Part shown: piece after piece, positions 22,000 through 33,387 of the stretch
Position numbering within the stretch: the stretch's first letter is position 1
How the letters are laid out: each line of letters opens with the position of its first letter
NCBI RefSeq assembly: GCF_004010195.1
Contig: NW_025215381.1
Span: 144,037-180,320, forward strand
Length of the DNA: 36,284 nt
Origin: Chiloscyllium plagiosum
Lineage: Eukaryota
Direction of reading: 5' to 3'
The notes under the pieces: generated by a model
Database searches by the model: none
Told to the model about the DNA's origin: nothing
The model's input: only the letters and a program-made list of their open reading frames with translations
Program-made: the position numbers and the translations under genes

Positions 22000-22550
22000 G
22001 TCTTCAAGTCATCCAGCACAGAAACAGAACTTTCGGTCCAACCAGTCCATGCTGAACATAATTCCAACCTAACTAGTCCCATCTGCCTGCTTCTGACCCA
22101 TATCCCTCCAAACCTTTCTGAATCATGTCCCAATCCAAATGTCCTTTAAACATTGTAATTGTGTCCACATCCACCCCTTCCTCAGGAACTACCTTCTGTG
22201 TAAAGAACTTAATTGTGTCTTTTTCAAATCACTCTCCTCTCACCTTAAAAATGTGCCCCCTCATCTTGACATCCCACACACATCCTATGGAAAAGACCTT
22301 TCCAATTCACCCTATCTCTACCCTTGATTATTTTATAACCTTCTATGAGGTCATGGTTTAACCCTCAACAACCCAGTGAAAAACGTCCCAGCCTATCTAG
22401 CCTTTCTTTATATCACAAACCATCCATACCCAACACATCCTTGTAAATCTCTGCAGAACCCTTTCCAACTTAATAATATCCTTCCGATAACCGGGTGACC
22501 GGAACTGGACACAGTATCCCAGAAGAAGTCTCTCCAAGTTCTGGTACAAC
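22000..22550 (-). mobile_element. CR1 LINE 3' fragment
   Basis: LYQNLERLLLGYCVQFRSPGYRKDIIKLERVLQRFTRM. Confidence 0.8.
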
Positions 22551-22559
22551 CTGATGTTG

Positions 22560-23030
22560 GAGCTTTGGTGAGGCCACAGCTGGAGTACAGTGTACAGTTC
22601 TGGTTCCCACGCTATAGGAAGGATGGGATTGTACTGGAGGGGCTGCAAAGGAGATTCACCAGGATGATGCCTGAGATAGAGCAATTCAGAGATGAAGAGA
22701 GGTTGGATAACCTCAGGTTGTTTTCCTTGGAGCACAGACAGTTGAGTGGGGATCTGATAGAGGTGTATAACATCATGAGGGACATGAGCAGGATGTTTAG
22801 GAAGCAGCTCACAGTCGAAGGATCAGTAAAAAGGGGCATCATTTTAAGGTCAAGAGTGAGAGATTTAGAGGTAATTTGAGGGAAACATTTTCCCTCAAAA
22901 CTGGAGTGTGTAAAATGGGAGGGTGGTGGAGGAGGAAAACTACACAACCTTGAAAAGGCTTGTGGATGAACACTTGAAGTGTCATAACATTCGAGGCTTT
23001 GGGCCTAGTGTTGATAATTGAGCTTAATCT
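22560..23030 (+). mobile_element. CR1 LINE 3' fragment, diverging from the neighbouring minus copy
   Basis: VRPQLEYSVQFWFPRYRKDGIVLEGLQRRFTRMMP..LFSLEHRQLSGDLIEVYNIM. Confidence 0.85.
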
Positions 23031-23149
23031 GATATTTTTACAGTTGTAGAAGAATTATTGATCATGTTCGGAGTTTTGCAGGTCATGACAAGGTTATTAG
23101 AGCTGTATTCATCCAAGCAAGTGCAGTGTAGCTTGTTACATTATTATCT

Positions 23150-23312
23150 TTCAGGTAAAGTTTTTGAACTCGACATTGAGTCCGGAGGGCTGCAGGGTCC
23201 CCATTTAGAAAATAAGGTTGTAGTTCTTCCATGTGATGCTGAGCTTCACTGAAACACTGCAACAAACCTGAGACAGAGATGCTGGCCAGGGAACAGGTTG
23301 GGGTGTTAAAGT
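23150..23312 (-). mobile_element. PLE endonuclease C-terminal fragment
   Basis: Minus strand FNTPTCSLASISVSGLLQCFSEAQHHMEE then (shifted frame) GTLQPSGLNVEF, typical of the PLE GIY-YIG C-terminus. Confidence 0.6.
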
Positions 23313-23321
23313 AATCATCTG

Positions 23322-24120
23322 TCTGAATCCGAATGATTTATTGTCACATATATCTCGGAAAATACAGTGAAAAGCATTTTGTTGCTATAATCCACTGTTA
23401 TTTTGAGGTACAAAAAGAATTGAAAGCAATTATTTAAATAGAGTTCATCTTCTGTTCAAACTGGGTCTTGAACACAGCTCCAGGGATTCTGCAAGGTTGC
23501 CGCAAGGTGTTCTTCACCTCAAGGAGTCCCTGATTCAGGTACAGTAACGATGACGCTGATGCCTCAGGAGACCCTGGCCTCGCTGCTGACACTGCCAAGA
23601 GTCCAGGCTCCGGGCCTACCAGGGGTCAGGAGTCCCCACTCCAGGTACCGTCACCACCAAAAGGCAAAGCTCTGGGCCTACTGCAGTCAGGAGCCCTCAT
23701 TATGGGCACCATCACCACCAAGAATCCAGACTCTGGGCCTACCGCCAGGAATCCCCACTCCAGACATCGCCACGCAGCCAAGGCTCTGCGCCTACCACAA
23801 TTAGGAATCCCTGCTCTGGGTTCTGCCACCTCCAATAGTCTCTGCTTCAGGCCTACCACAGTCAGACATCCCCATTCCTGGCATCGCCATGTGCCCAGGC
23901 TCGGCCTACTGCTCTGGGCACTGCAGCTGCCGCCAGGTGTCCTGATCCACATCTTTGACGCTGCAGCAATCACTCTGCCAACACTGCTCTGGCCTCAAAG
24001 ATGAAGAAAGAAAAGAAACAGAGAAAAGATGAGGAGAGAGAGAGAAGAATTCTGCTGCCCTGGACCAGAATGGTTCAGAAGCCTGAACATGACCGACCGT
24101 GATGGCGCCATCATTTTGAA
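23322..24120 (-). mobile_element. Candidate non-autonomous retroelement with Rex-like tail and internal 53-62 bp tandem repeats
   Basis: Tail tttattgtcacat..acagtgaaaagc shared with 30143-30200. Six gcctac-anchored units. The far end reads aatgatggcgcc on minus. Confidence 0.5.
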
Positions 24121-25274
24121 ATGTACGAGTCAGTACTAATGGACCTATGAGCAAGCTGCTGAGTTTGCTGTTTGTAAACTCAGTAAAGTGAAGAATGTTG
24201 ACTCTGTTCACTCATAGGTTAGTTCTGAGGCAAAGTGTACTGTCACTGACTGTTGGGAATTCTGATAAGGTCAGGAATTCAAAGCAGAGTGGAAGGACGT
24301 TTGGCCATAAATCTGTGTACTTCATTAAATTCTGTGCTGGATATAGTAAGTATTTCAAAATACTGTCAATTCTTTCAGTGACACGGGCAGTTTACTGTCT
24401 GGAAAATTAAGTTGGAAAGATAAAGTACACAGTTTTTAAGAAGACGAAAGGATTTGTTTCTGATTGAATTTTGCTTAAAGCAGTTGTCTCTCTGAATCGA
24501 GTCATGCATAAATAAAGAATCTTTCATTTTCTGCAAAACTTTCAAGGAGTGATTTTCCGTTGGTGAATCTCTTTAAAGAGCTCTGTTGGAATTAAAAAGC
24601 AGAACATTCCGGGGAAAAAAACATGGAGAGAAATAGTGTCATATTTCAAGCCAGCGTCACTTTGCTTTTAATAAAACCTCTGTCTCTGTTCCTGTTTCAA
24701 TTTCTCTCTATGTACATTTTTATTCACTTCTCCATCCCTCCCTCTCTGTTTGCTGCTTTTCTGTCTCCCTCCCTCTATAACTCACTCTCTCAATCTCTCC
24801 TCCTGCCTTTGTCTCATCTGTTCTCAGTCAACGCTTTCCTTAACCTTCCAATGGTCTGTGATGCAGTCCATCTCTGGGTCACACTCCTGCTCCTACCCTG
24901 TCTCACCTTCTCTTTGTGAATCATCTCTCCATTTCTCCATTCACCTGCACTCTTCTCCCTTTTCTGATGAAATGGAACTGGCATTTGCAATGCTGACATG
25001 CCGTACATGTCTGAAGTCATTCGATTAATCTCGTGTCTTAAACCCTTCCTCATTGCATTGAGGTAAATTAGCTCTTGAAAATATTGCTGTCGAACATGTC
25101 AGTTTGATTGCTGAAAACATTTCACAGCTCGCCATTGCTTTTTTCTCTCTCTCCCTCTGTCTCTTTTCTCTTTCAGTCTCTATTTATCCCAATTTCCCTC
25201 TGGAATCTCTCTCCGTCTTAGTTTCCTTCCCTTGCAGTACCTCCACTCCTGCTATAAGAAAAGCGAATATTTGG

Positions 25275-25545
25275 GACCTGAGGGAGAGTCATCAGACCTG
25301 AAACGTTAACTCTGGTTTCTCTTCACAGTTGCTGCCAGGCCTGCTGAGCTTTTCCAGCAACTTCTGTTTTGTTTCTGGTTTATAGCATCCGCAGTTCTTT
25401 CGGTTTTTACATCTCTATAACTCTATGACTCTAAATACTTCGGATGTTGGAAATGTGAAAGAGACACTGAGACTGCTGTAAAAACTCAGCAGCTTCTGTG
25501 GAGAGAGAAAGAGAGTGAACACTTTGAGTCTAGTATGACTCGCTT
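25275..25545. mobile_element. Two converging PLE-type terminal fragments (plus ~25275-25410, minus ~25435-25545)
   Basis: cctgagggagagtcatcagacctgaaacgttaac..gctgccaggcctgctgagcttttccagc, then a decayed reverse copy. Confidence 0.55.
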
Positions 25546-25829
25546 TCATTCATTCCTGCTCTCCATTTCTGAAGCCCATTTCCTTGTTTCTCTTTCACCC
25601 ACTGCCTCTCTTCCTATACTTTCCACTTTGACTCTCACTTTCTTATCTCTTACTGTTCCCCTTCACTACTTAATGGTGGTACATATTATTTTGACTCCAT
25701 AATAACCTCTTATTTCTTGATTGTCTCTCTTTCTCTTGCTCCCCACTCTCTCACCATCTTTTTACTCTCCTCTTCCTCTTTTACTACCCTTCTCCCCCGT
25801 CTTCCATTTTGCCTCTGCTTCACCTATCC

Positions 25830-26115
25830 CCCCCAATCCCCCATATATTTTGTCACATAGGCTTCAGCCTTGGTCATTCACAGCTCCTAATCTCCCTATA
25901 ATCACTGTCATTATCACCTCTTTATTGCTACCTTTGCTTCTGGAGCCATGACTCAGCTTCTCTCAGCCTAGTATAAATACCTCCCTATTTCTCCTTTTTT
26001 TGGTTTGACAAAGGGTCAGTTAGACTCGAAACGTCAGCTCTTTTCTCTCCTTACAGATGCTGCCAGGCCTGCTGAGATTTTCCAGCATTTTCTCATTTGG
26101 TTATTTTGATTCCAG
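25830..26115 (+). mobile_element. PLE-type terminus with TATA-like box and U3-A8 hammerhead variant
   Basis: tataaata near 25972. TTGACAA-A-GGGTC agtta GACTC-GAAA-CGTC at 26005-26035. Followed by the shared acagatgctgccaggcctgctgag tail. Confidence 0.65.
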
Positions 26116-26149
26116 GTTGTTTGAATAGGAGGTGATTGTAATTGCAATA

Positions 26150-26742
26150 TAGGTAGTTCTCCTATAACGCGTGTTTATTAAACACGATTTAGTGCGATTT
26201 GTGAACTGTGGGCTTTTTTCTAATAAAGCGAGCTCCCATTCGCTGCTACACGATTCCCATCCCCAGCATTTACCTGAACAGCAAAACCGAGCCTCAGGAT
26301 CCTCTGTCTGCAAAATGCAAATTCAGTGTTCAGCTAAAACAGGCATGCAATGAGCTCTGCAAATCTTGAAACTTAGCTTGCAACTGGAAATTGTAATGTA
26401 TGTTTAGAAGGAACTTTATTTCAAACAGGGAAGATCTTGAGGAGGACTGGAATTCCATGTTGAGATCACATAGTCCATCAGCTCGCACGCTTTCTGGTGA
26501 AGAGCTTTGTGAAAGCTACAGTGCGATTTTAGTGTTAAAGTGTGACATTTGTTTTATTAATATATATGATTTATAGATTAACTTAGACTGAGCTAACTGA
26601 TTTTGTTTCGATTCTTACTGATATTTCTGGTGGTTTGCCCTAACCCTGTTTTTCCCATAGGCCCCGTTATTTCTATTGCGTGATTTTCTATAACACGGTG
26701 TCACACAGGAACACAACCACCACATTATAGGAGAGCTACCTG
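26150..26742. mobile_element. Non-autonomous Tc1/mariner-pogo/Tigger-like DNA transposon (MITE)
   Basis: TIRs TAGGTAGTTCTCCTATAACGCG / (rc) CAGGTAGCTCTCCTATAATGTG match at 18/22. TA on both flanks (26148-26149, 26743-26744). No transposase. Confidence 0.8.
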
Positions 26743-26849
26743 TAAGTGGGGATGAGGATCGTTTGACTGAACATGTGAATGGTTTGCTAGGCAGATCCCG
26801 CTCCTGATTCCTTGGCCGTGAACATCCAAATTGGTCGTGAACATGGATT

Positions 26850-27150
26850 TTTACAAAACTTGTGATGGGATGTGGGCGTTGCTGGATGAAGCAGTATTTG
26901 TTGCCCATCCCTAATTGCCCTGAAAGCAGTCAAGAGTCCACCATGTTCCTGTGAGCCTGGAGTCACATATAGGCCAGACTAGGTAAGGACAGGTATTCTT
27001 CTTTAAGGATAATAGTGAACTGGACCAACTTTCCTGACAATAGGAAATGGATTCATGATCATCATCAGACGCTGAATTCTAGAGTTTTATTTTTTACAAA
27101 TTAATTTGCCATGGCAGGTTTCAAACCCAGATCCCCAGGACACGACCAGG
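26850..27150 (-). mobile_element. tRNA-type SINE (family B)
   Basis: tgcccatccctaattgccct..gcagtcaagagtc..ctggagtcacatataggccagact, the reverse complement of family B. Confidence 0.7.
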
Positions 27151-27719
27151 GCATTAACCCTGACTGATTAGGCGTGTGACTGCATCTCCTGACTGTTGAG
27201 AGTGACACTCAGATCCGCTTCTCATGTATCTACAAGCAATCAATTGCATTTGCCTTCTCCACACCATAGACCTTGGCTGTTGGTGCTGGGATCAGTCCTG
27301 GTGCTGAAAATGGAAACGACATATCCCAAACGCTGATTCTCAGGAGACCCATCCGAACAGGAATGCTGCACAATTGATGGACTGACGCCTTCATTCCCAG
27401 TACCCTGAGAATGTACCAGATATAATCCCAACACAATCATATTTAGAATGCAACACTAATTATTGAAGATTAACACCAGGATCAGCTCAACCACATGGAA
27501 AATGTAACCAGAGCATATTGATGCATTTGCATCGTGATCCAGACTAAAGCTCTCACTTCTAACATACATAAACCCCAATAATTCCATGGTACATACACCA
27601 TTATCATCAAATAGACAAATCACATTACCTTTATAAATCATGATGATTTAAACACCAACATTATCTGGGATTTTAGCTCTGTATCAACATTTTGGGCAGG
27701 ACATATTACAAATATCAGA

Positions 27720-30142
27720 GAGGGTAAAACTTGATAACGGAGAATATCACAGCGAGACTGAGAGGAGATATTCTTGAGGGTTCATTCACTGATTGTATGA
27801 GGGTAGAATTGAGAAATAAAAAAGGGGGAGATTGTTTTGATAGCATTGTACTGCAGGCCCCCTAATAGTCAGCGGGAGATTGAGGAGCAATTATATAAGG
27901 AGATCACAGATAGCCGCAAGAATAAAAGGTTGCAATAGGAGGAGATTTTAACTTTCCTAACATCAACAGGGACTGCAATAATGTTCAGAGCCTGGATGGA
28001 GAGAAACTTGTTAAGTGTGTTCTGGAAGAAGTTCTCGTGCAATATTTGGATGGCTCTACATCAACGTAAGTGATGGAAATGTTAGCAGTGAGACCAGTGA
28101 CCATAATTCTATTAGTTTTAAAATAGCTATGGCAAAAGGTTAGATCTGGTGCACGAATTAAAGTTCTAAATTGGGGCAGGGCCAATTTTAATGATCTTAG
28201 TCAGGAACTTGGATAGGTTGATTGGGAGAGGCTGTCTCTCGAGTATGTCGGGTAAGTGGGAGGCTTTGAAAAGTGAGTTAATGAGTGTTCAGGGGCAGCA
28301 TGCTCCTGTTCGAGTGAAGCGTAAGAATAGCAGCAATAGGAAACCCTGGATGACTAGAGTTATCGAGGCCCTGGTCTTGAAAAACATGGAGGCATATGAC
28401 ATGTGTAGACAGCTGGGATTGAGTGAGTACCTTGAGGAGTATACAGGGTGTCTGAGAACACTTCAGAGAGAAATCAGGAGGGCATAAAGAGGACACCAGG
28501 CAAAGGGGAATCCAAAGAGATTTTACAAATACATGAAAAGCAAAAGAGTAACTGGGGAGAGAATAGGGTCTCTTAAAGATCAACAAGGCTGTCTATGTGC
28601 AGAGCCACAAGAGCTGAGTGAGATCCTAAATGAATATTTATCATCAGTATTTACCACTGAAGAAGTTATGAATGCTCGGGAATTTGGGGAAATAAATAGT
28701 GAAGTCTTGAGGAGAGTGCATTCCAGAAGAGGAGGTGCTGGAAGTCTTAAAATGCATTAAGGTAGTTAAATCCCGAGACCTGATGAAGTGTGTCCCAGGA
28801 CATTGTAGAAGGCTAGGGAGGAAATTACTGGGCCCCTAACGGAGATATTTGCAACATCGAGACCCATAGGTGAAGTGCCCGAAGATTGGAGGGTGGCTAA
28901 TGTTGTGCCATTATTTCTGAAAGGCTGCAGGGAAATGCCTGGGAACTACAGACCGGTGAGCCTCAAGTTTGTGATGGGTAAGTTGTTCAAGGGGATTTTG
29001 AGAGACAGCATTTGCATGAATTTGGAGAGACAAGGACTCAGTTGGGATAGTCAGCTTGGTTTTGTGCATGGGAAATCATGTCTCATGAATTTACGTTTTA
29101 TGAAAGGGTGACCAAGAAAGTAGATGAGGGCATTGTGGTAGATGTTCTCTACATGGACTTTAGCAAGATCTTTGATCAGGTTGGTTGCTGAGTAAAGTTA
29201 AATCTCACAGGATCCATGGAGAACCAGCCAATTGGATACAAAATTGGCTTGATGGTAGAAAACAGAGGATAGAGGTTGTTTTTCACACTGGAGCCCTGTG
29301 CCACAGGGATTGGTGCTGGGTCCACTGTTACTTGTCATTTACATAAAATGACTCGGATGAGAATTTAGGAGGGTCTGGTAAGTAAGTTTGTGGATGACAC
29401 CAACATTGTTGACAGTGAAGAAGGTTATCTGGGAATGCCGCGAGATTTTCATCAACTGGACTGCAGAGTGACAGATTGAGTTTAATTCAGATAAATGTGA
29501 AGTGTTGCATTTTGGTAAGGCAGAGCACGGCAGGACTTAATCAGTCAATGATAGGGCCTCGGGAGTGTTATAGAACAAAGAGTCTGAGCGGTACAGGATC
29601 ATAGCTCCTTGAAAGTGGGCTCACAGGTAGTGTTAGAGAACAAAGAGACCAAGGAGTACAGGATCATAGCTCCTTGAAAGTGGGGTCACAGGTAGACCAA
29701 GCGGTGAAGAAAACATTTGGTATGCTTGCTTTCATCAGTCAGAGCAGTGAGTAGAGGAATTGGGATGTCTTGTTGCAGCTGTACAAGACGTTGGTGAGGC
29801 CACATTTGGAGTATTGCATGCAATTCTGAATGCCCTATAATAGAAAGGATAATATTAAACTAGAAAGAGTGCAGAAAAGATTTACTAGGATGCTATCTGG
29901 ACTGAAGGTTTGAGTTAGAAGGAGATGCTGGATTGGCTGGGACTTTTTTCCCTGGAGCGTAGGGGGCTCAGGGCTCACCTTATCTAGATTTATAAAATCA
30001 TGACAGACATAGAAAAGGGAAATACTGCATTTTCCCCAGGTAGGGGAGCCTGAAACTAGAGGGCACAGGTTTAAGGTGAGATGGGAGAGATACAAAAGGG
30101 TCCAGAGGGGCAATTTTTTCAAACAGAGGGTGGTGAGTGTCT
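27720..30142 (+). mobile_element. Long CR1 LINE ORF2 relic (endonuclease end through RT), many stops and frameshifts
   Basis: GDFNFP, PEDWRVANVVPLF.KG....GNYRPVSL, YMDFSK, FVDDT and VRPHLEYC motifs in order. Confidence 0.9.
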
Positions 30143-32390
30143 GAATTTGAATTTGAATTTATTGTCACATGTACCGAGGCACAGTGAAAAGCTTTGTCTT
30201 GCGAGCAATACAGACAGGTCACAGAGTTAAGTAGCATAGAAAAGTAAATAATAGGTAAATAGCGGCAAAAACAAAAACACAGGGACAGGTGAATGTTAAG
30301 AGTTTGTGAGTCCATTCAGTATTCTAACAACAGTCGGGTAGAAACTGTTTTGAAACCAGCTGGTGCGAGTGTTCAGGCTTCTGTACCTTCTCCCCAATGG
30401 TAGAGGTTGTAGAAAAATATTGCCAGGGAGCAATGGATCTTTGAGAATGCTGGCGGCCTTTCCTTGACAGCGGGCATGGTGGATGGATTCTATAGATGGG
30501 AGGTTGGCCTTTGTGATTGTCTGGGCTGAGTTCACCACTCTCTGTAACCGTCTCCGATCTTGAATGGTACAGTTGCCATACCAGGTAGTGATACATCCAG
30601 ACAGAATGCTCTCGATGGCACACCTATAAAAGTTGGCAAAGGGTATTCGCCGTCATGCCAAATTTCCTCAGCTGCCTGAGGAAGAAGAGACGTTGTTGGG
30701 CCTTTGTAACCAGTGCATCCACATGAAGAGTCCAAGAAGGCTTGTTGCTGATGACCACTCCCAGGTGCTTAACACTCTCTACTCATTCCATGTCTGTGCT
30801 GTTAATATGTAGGGGGGGCATGAGGAACAACCTGCCGAAAGTCAATAATAAGTTCCTTAGTTTTGCCAGCATTGAGAGCTAGGTTGTTCTCAGTGTACCA
30901 TTTTTTCAGGTCTTCCACCTCTCGTCTGTGGTCTGTTTCATCACCATCTGAGATTCGACCGACTATGGTGGTGTCATCAGCGAACTTGTAAATGGTGTTA
31001 CGGTAGGGAGCTGAGTATGCACCCCGGGGGGGGGGGGGGGGCTCCAGTGTTGAGTGTTAGTGACAATGAAATATTGTCCCCAAACTTCACTGATTGTGGC
31101 CTATGGGTCAGGAAACTGATGATCCAGTTGCAGAGAGTGGGGCTTACTCTGAGATCACTAAGTTTAGTAATCAGACTTGAGGGGATAATAGTGTTGAAGG
31201 CTGAACTGTATTCAATGAGTAGGATTCTTACGTAGGTGTTCTTGGTGTCAAGATGTTCTAGGGAGGAGTGAAGGGCAAGTGATATGGCATCTGACGTGGA
31301 TCTGTTGGTCAGATAGGCAAATTGGTGTGGGTCAAGAGTAGTCGGAGGGGGCTGGAGTTGATTAATGCCATGACCAGCCTTTCAAAGCACTTCATGACCC
31401 ATCAAAGTTAGGGCCACTGGGCGGTAGTCATCGATACATGCTGCATGAGCCTTCTTAGGCACAAGGATGATGTTGGTCCTCTTGGAACAGGCGGGGACAT
31501 GACCTGCTGCAGGGACAGGTTGAAGGTATCCAAGAAGAACTCTGCCAGTTGATCTGCGCCTGCTCTGAGTGCACGGCCTGGTTCTCAGTTTGGTCCCATC
31601 GCTTTCCTTGGATTCACACGAAGGAAAACTGCTCTAATCTCTGATGCAGTGACTGTTGGGATGGTTTGTCAGGACTTGTCAGAATAGGTGTTGCCTCTCC
31701 GCCGGAATTCTGCTCAAAACGAGTATAGAAGGCATTGAGACGATCTGGGAGGTATGGGCCATTGCCTGCTATCTTTCACTGTCTCTTTTTCGAACCTGTG
31801 AAGTCATTCAGTCCTTGCCATAGTCGCGGGGTGTCTGTCTGGGTCTCTAGTTCGGATCAGTATTGGTCCTTGGCTGTCTTAATGACTCTGCGAAGGTCAG
31901 ACTTGGATTCCTTAAACTTGAGTGGGTCTCCTGACCTGAAGGCCTCACATCTGATTTTTAGCAGGTTCTGTATGTCCTGATTCATCCAGGTTTCCTGTTG
32001 GGGAACACCTGGATTGACTTCCTCAGTATGCAGTCTGCCACACACTTGCTGATAAAGTCTGTGACGGTGGTGGTGTACTCGTCCAGGGTACCTGTGGACT
32101 GTTTGAACACAGCCCAATCAGCCGATTCCAGACAGCACCAGAGTTGATCCTCTGCCTCCTCCGACCAGCACTGAACTTGGATCCTGCTTGAGCTTTTGCC
32201 TGTAAGCCGGGAGAAGAAACACGGCATTGTGGTCGGAGCTCCCGAAATGAGGGCGGGGTATGGAGCGGTAGGCATCTTTCACAGTGGTGTAGCAGTGGTC
32301 TAAAACTTTCGGGCACCTGGTGAGGCAGATAATATTCTGGTGGTACTTGGACAACACCTTCCACAGCTTGATTGAAGTGGCCAGTTACCT
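30143..32390 (-). mobile_element. Rex1/Babar-type LINE, 5'-truncated and decayed
   Basis: LDHCYTTVKDAYRSIPRPHFGSSDHNAVFLLPAYRQKLKQ, WSEEAEDQL, FPNRKP, YKFADDTT (~30965-30990). 3' tail aataaa(ttcaaa)n. Confidence 0.85.
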
Positions 32391-32832
32391 GCATTGGAAA
32401 TAGTTCAGAATAAATCATTCGACTGATTCCTGTGAAGTATGGATACTTGTTTTAAAAATCTAGTGACAGTGGACCAGAAATGTTTCTAATTTCTCACCAC
32501 AGATGACGCCAGACCTGCTGACATTTTCCGAGTGGTTTCAATTTTTTGTGTTCCAAGATTTCTGTGTTCCTCTAATTCTGGTTGCTTGTACTTCCCCAAT
32601 TAATTTTTTTAAATGTGCATTAATGATTTTGATACAAACTTGCTGGTGACATGAAAATTAGTGTAGTAATTAACAGGGACAAAAGCCTGAGACTACAGAG
32701 CTGGGCAAATGGAATTTCACCCTGAAACAAGTGGGGGAATGCATTTTGTGAGGACTAACAAGGGAAGGAAGTGTACAACAAATGGCAAGACCTCAGGAAG
32801 TCAGCAGGGCAGGTAGGCAAGGTGATTAAGAA

Positions 32833-32975
32833 GGCAAAGGTAAGGACTGCAGATGCTGTAAATCAGAGTCTAAATTAGAATGGTGCTGGAATTAGAATGT
32901 TTTGCCCAAAACGCGATTTTCTTGTTCCTCAGATGTTGCCTGACCTGCTGTGCTTTTCCAGCACCACTTTAATGT
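32833..32975. mobile_element. Miniature inverted PLE terminal insertion
   Basis: Minus terminal piece joined to a plus terminal piece. Degenerate TSD aggtgattaagaa / aggtggttaaaa. Confidence 0.6.
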
Positions 32976-33387
32976 AGGTGGTTAAAATGCTACATGGGAT
33001 ACTTACCTTTATGAGACTAGGCACTGAATACAATTGCAACGATGTTAGGGAATTGTATAAGATAATGGCTAGGCCACAGCTGGGGGGGCACTGTGTGCAA
33101 GTATTGGTCGCCACACAATCGGAAGAATGGGATTGCACTGGAAGGTACAAAAGAAGATTCACCGGAACGTTGATGAGACTGAAGTGTTGCAGCTTTGAAC
33201 AGATAGTCTGGTGTTGTTTTCCTTGGAGCAGAGAAGGCAGTGAGAGAACCAGATTGTGGTCTGCAAAAACATGAGGGGTATAGATTGGGTTGAAACTTTT
33301 CCATTGTGGGTCAGTGGAATCAGTAATAAGGGGCAGGAGATTTAAAGGAGAAGTCTTTCACCTGAAGGGTGGTGAGTATCTGGAATG

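Noticed and set aside
27230..27660. Unique-looking stretch with possible acceptors on both strands
   Set aside because: No convincing donor, short frames and no recognisable peptide.
31026..31042. Long G homopolymer as a regulatory G4
   Set aside because: It lies inside a decayed LINE RT region and is best explained by slippage or a homopolymer sequencing error.
27720..32390. Active autonomous LINEs
   Set aside because: Both the CR1 and Rex copies are truncated and have many stops and frameshifts.
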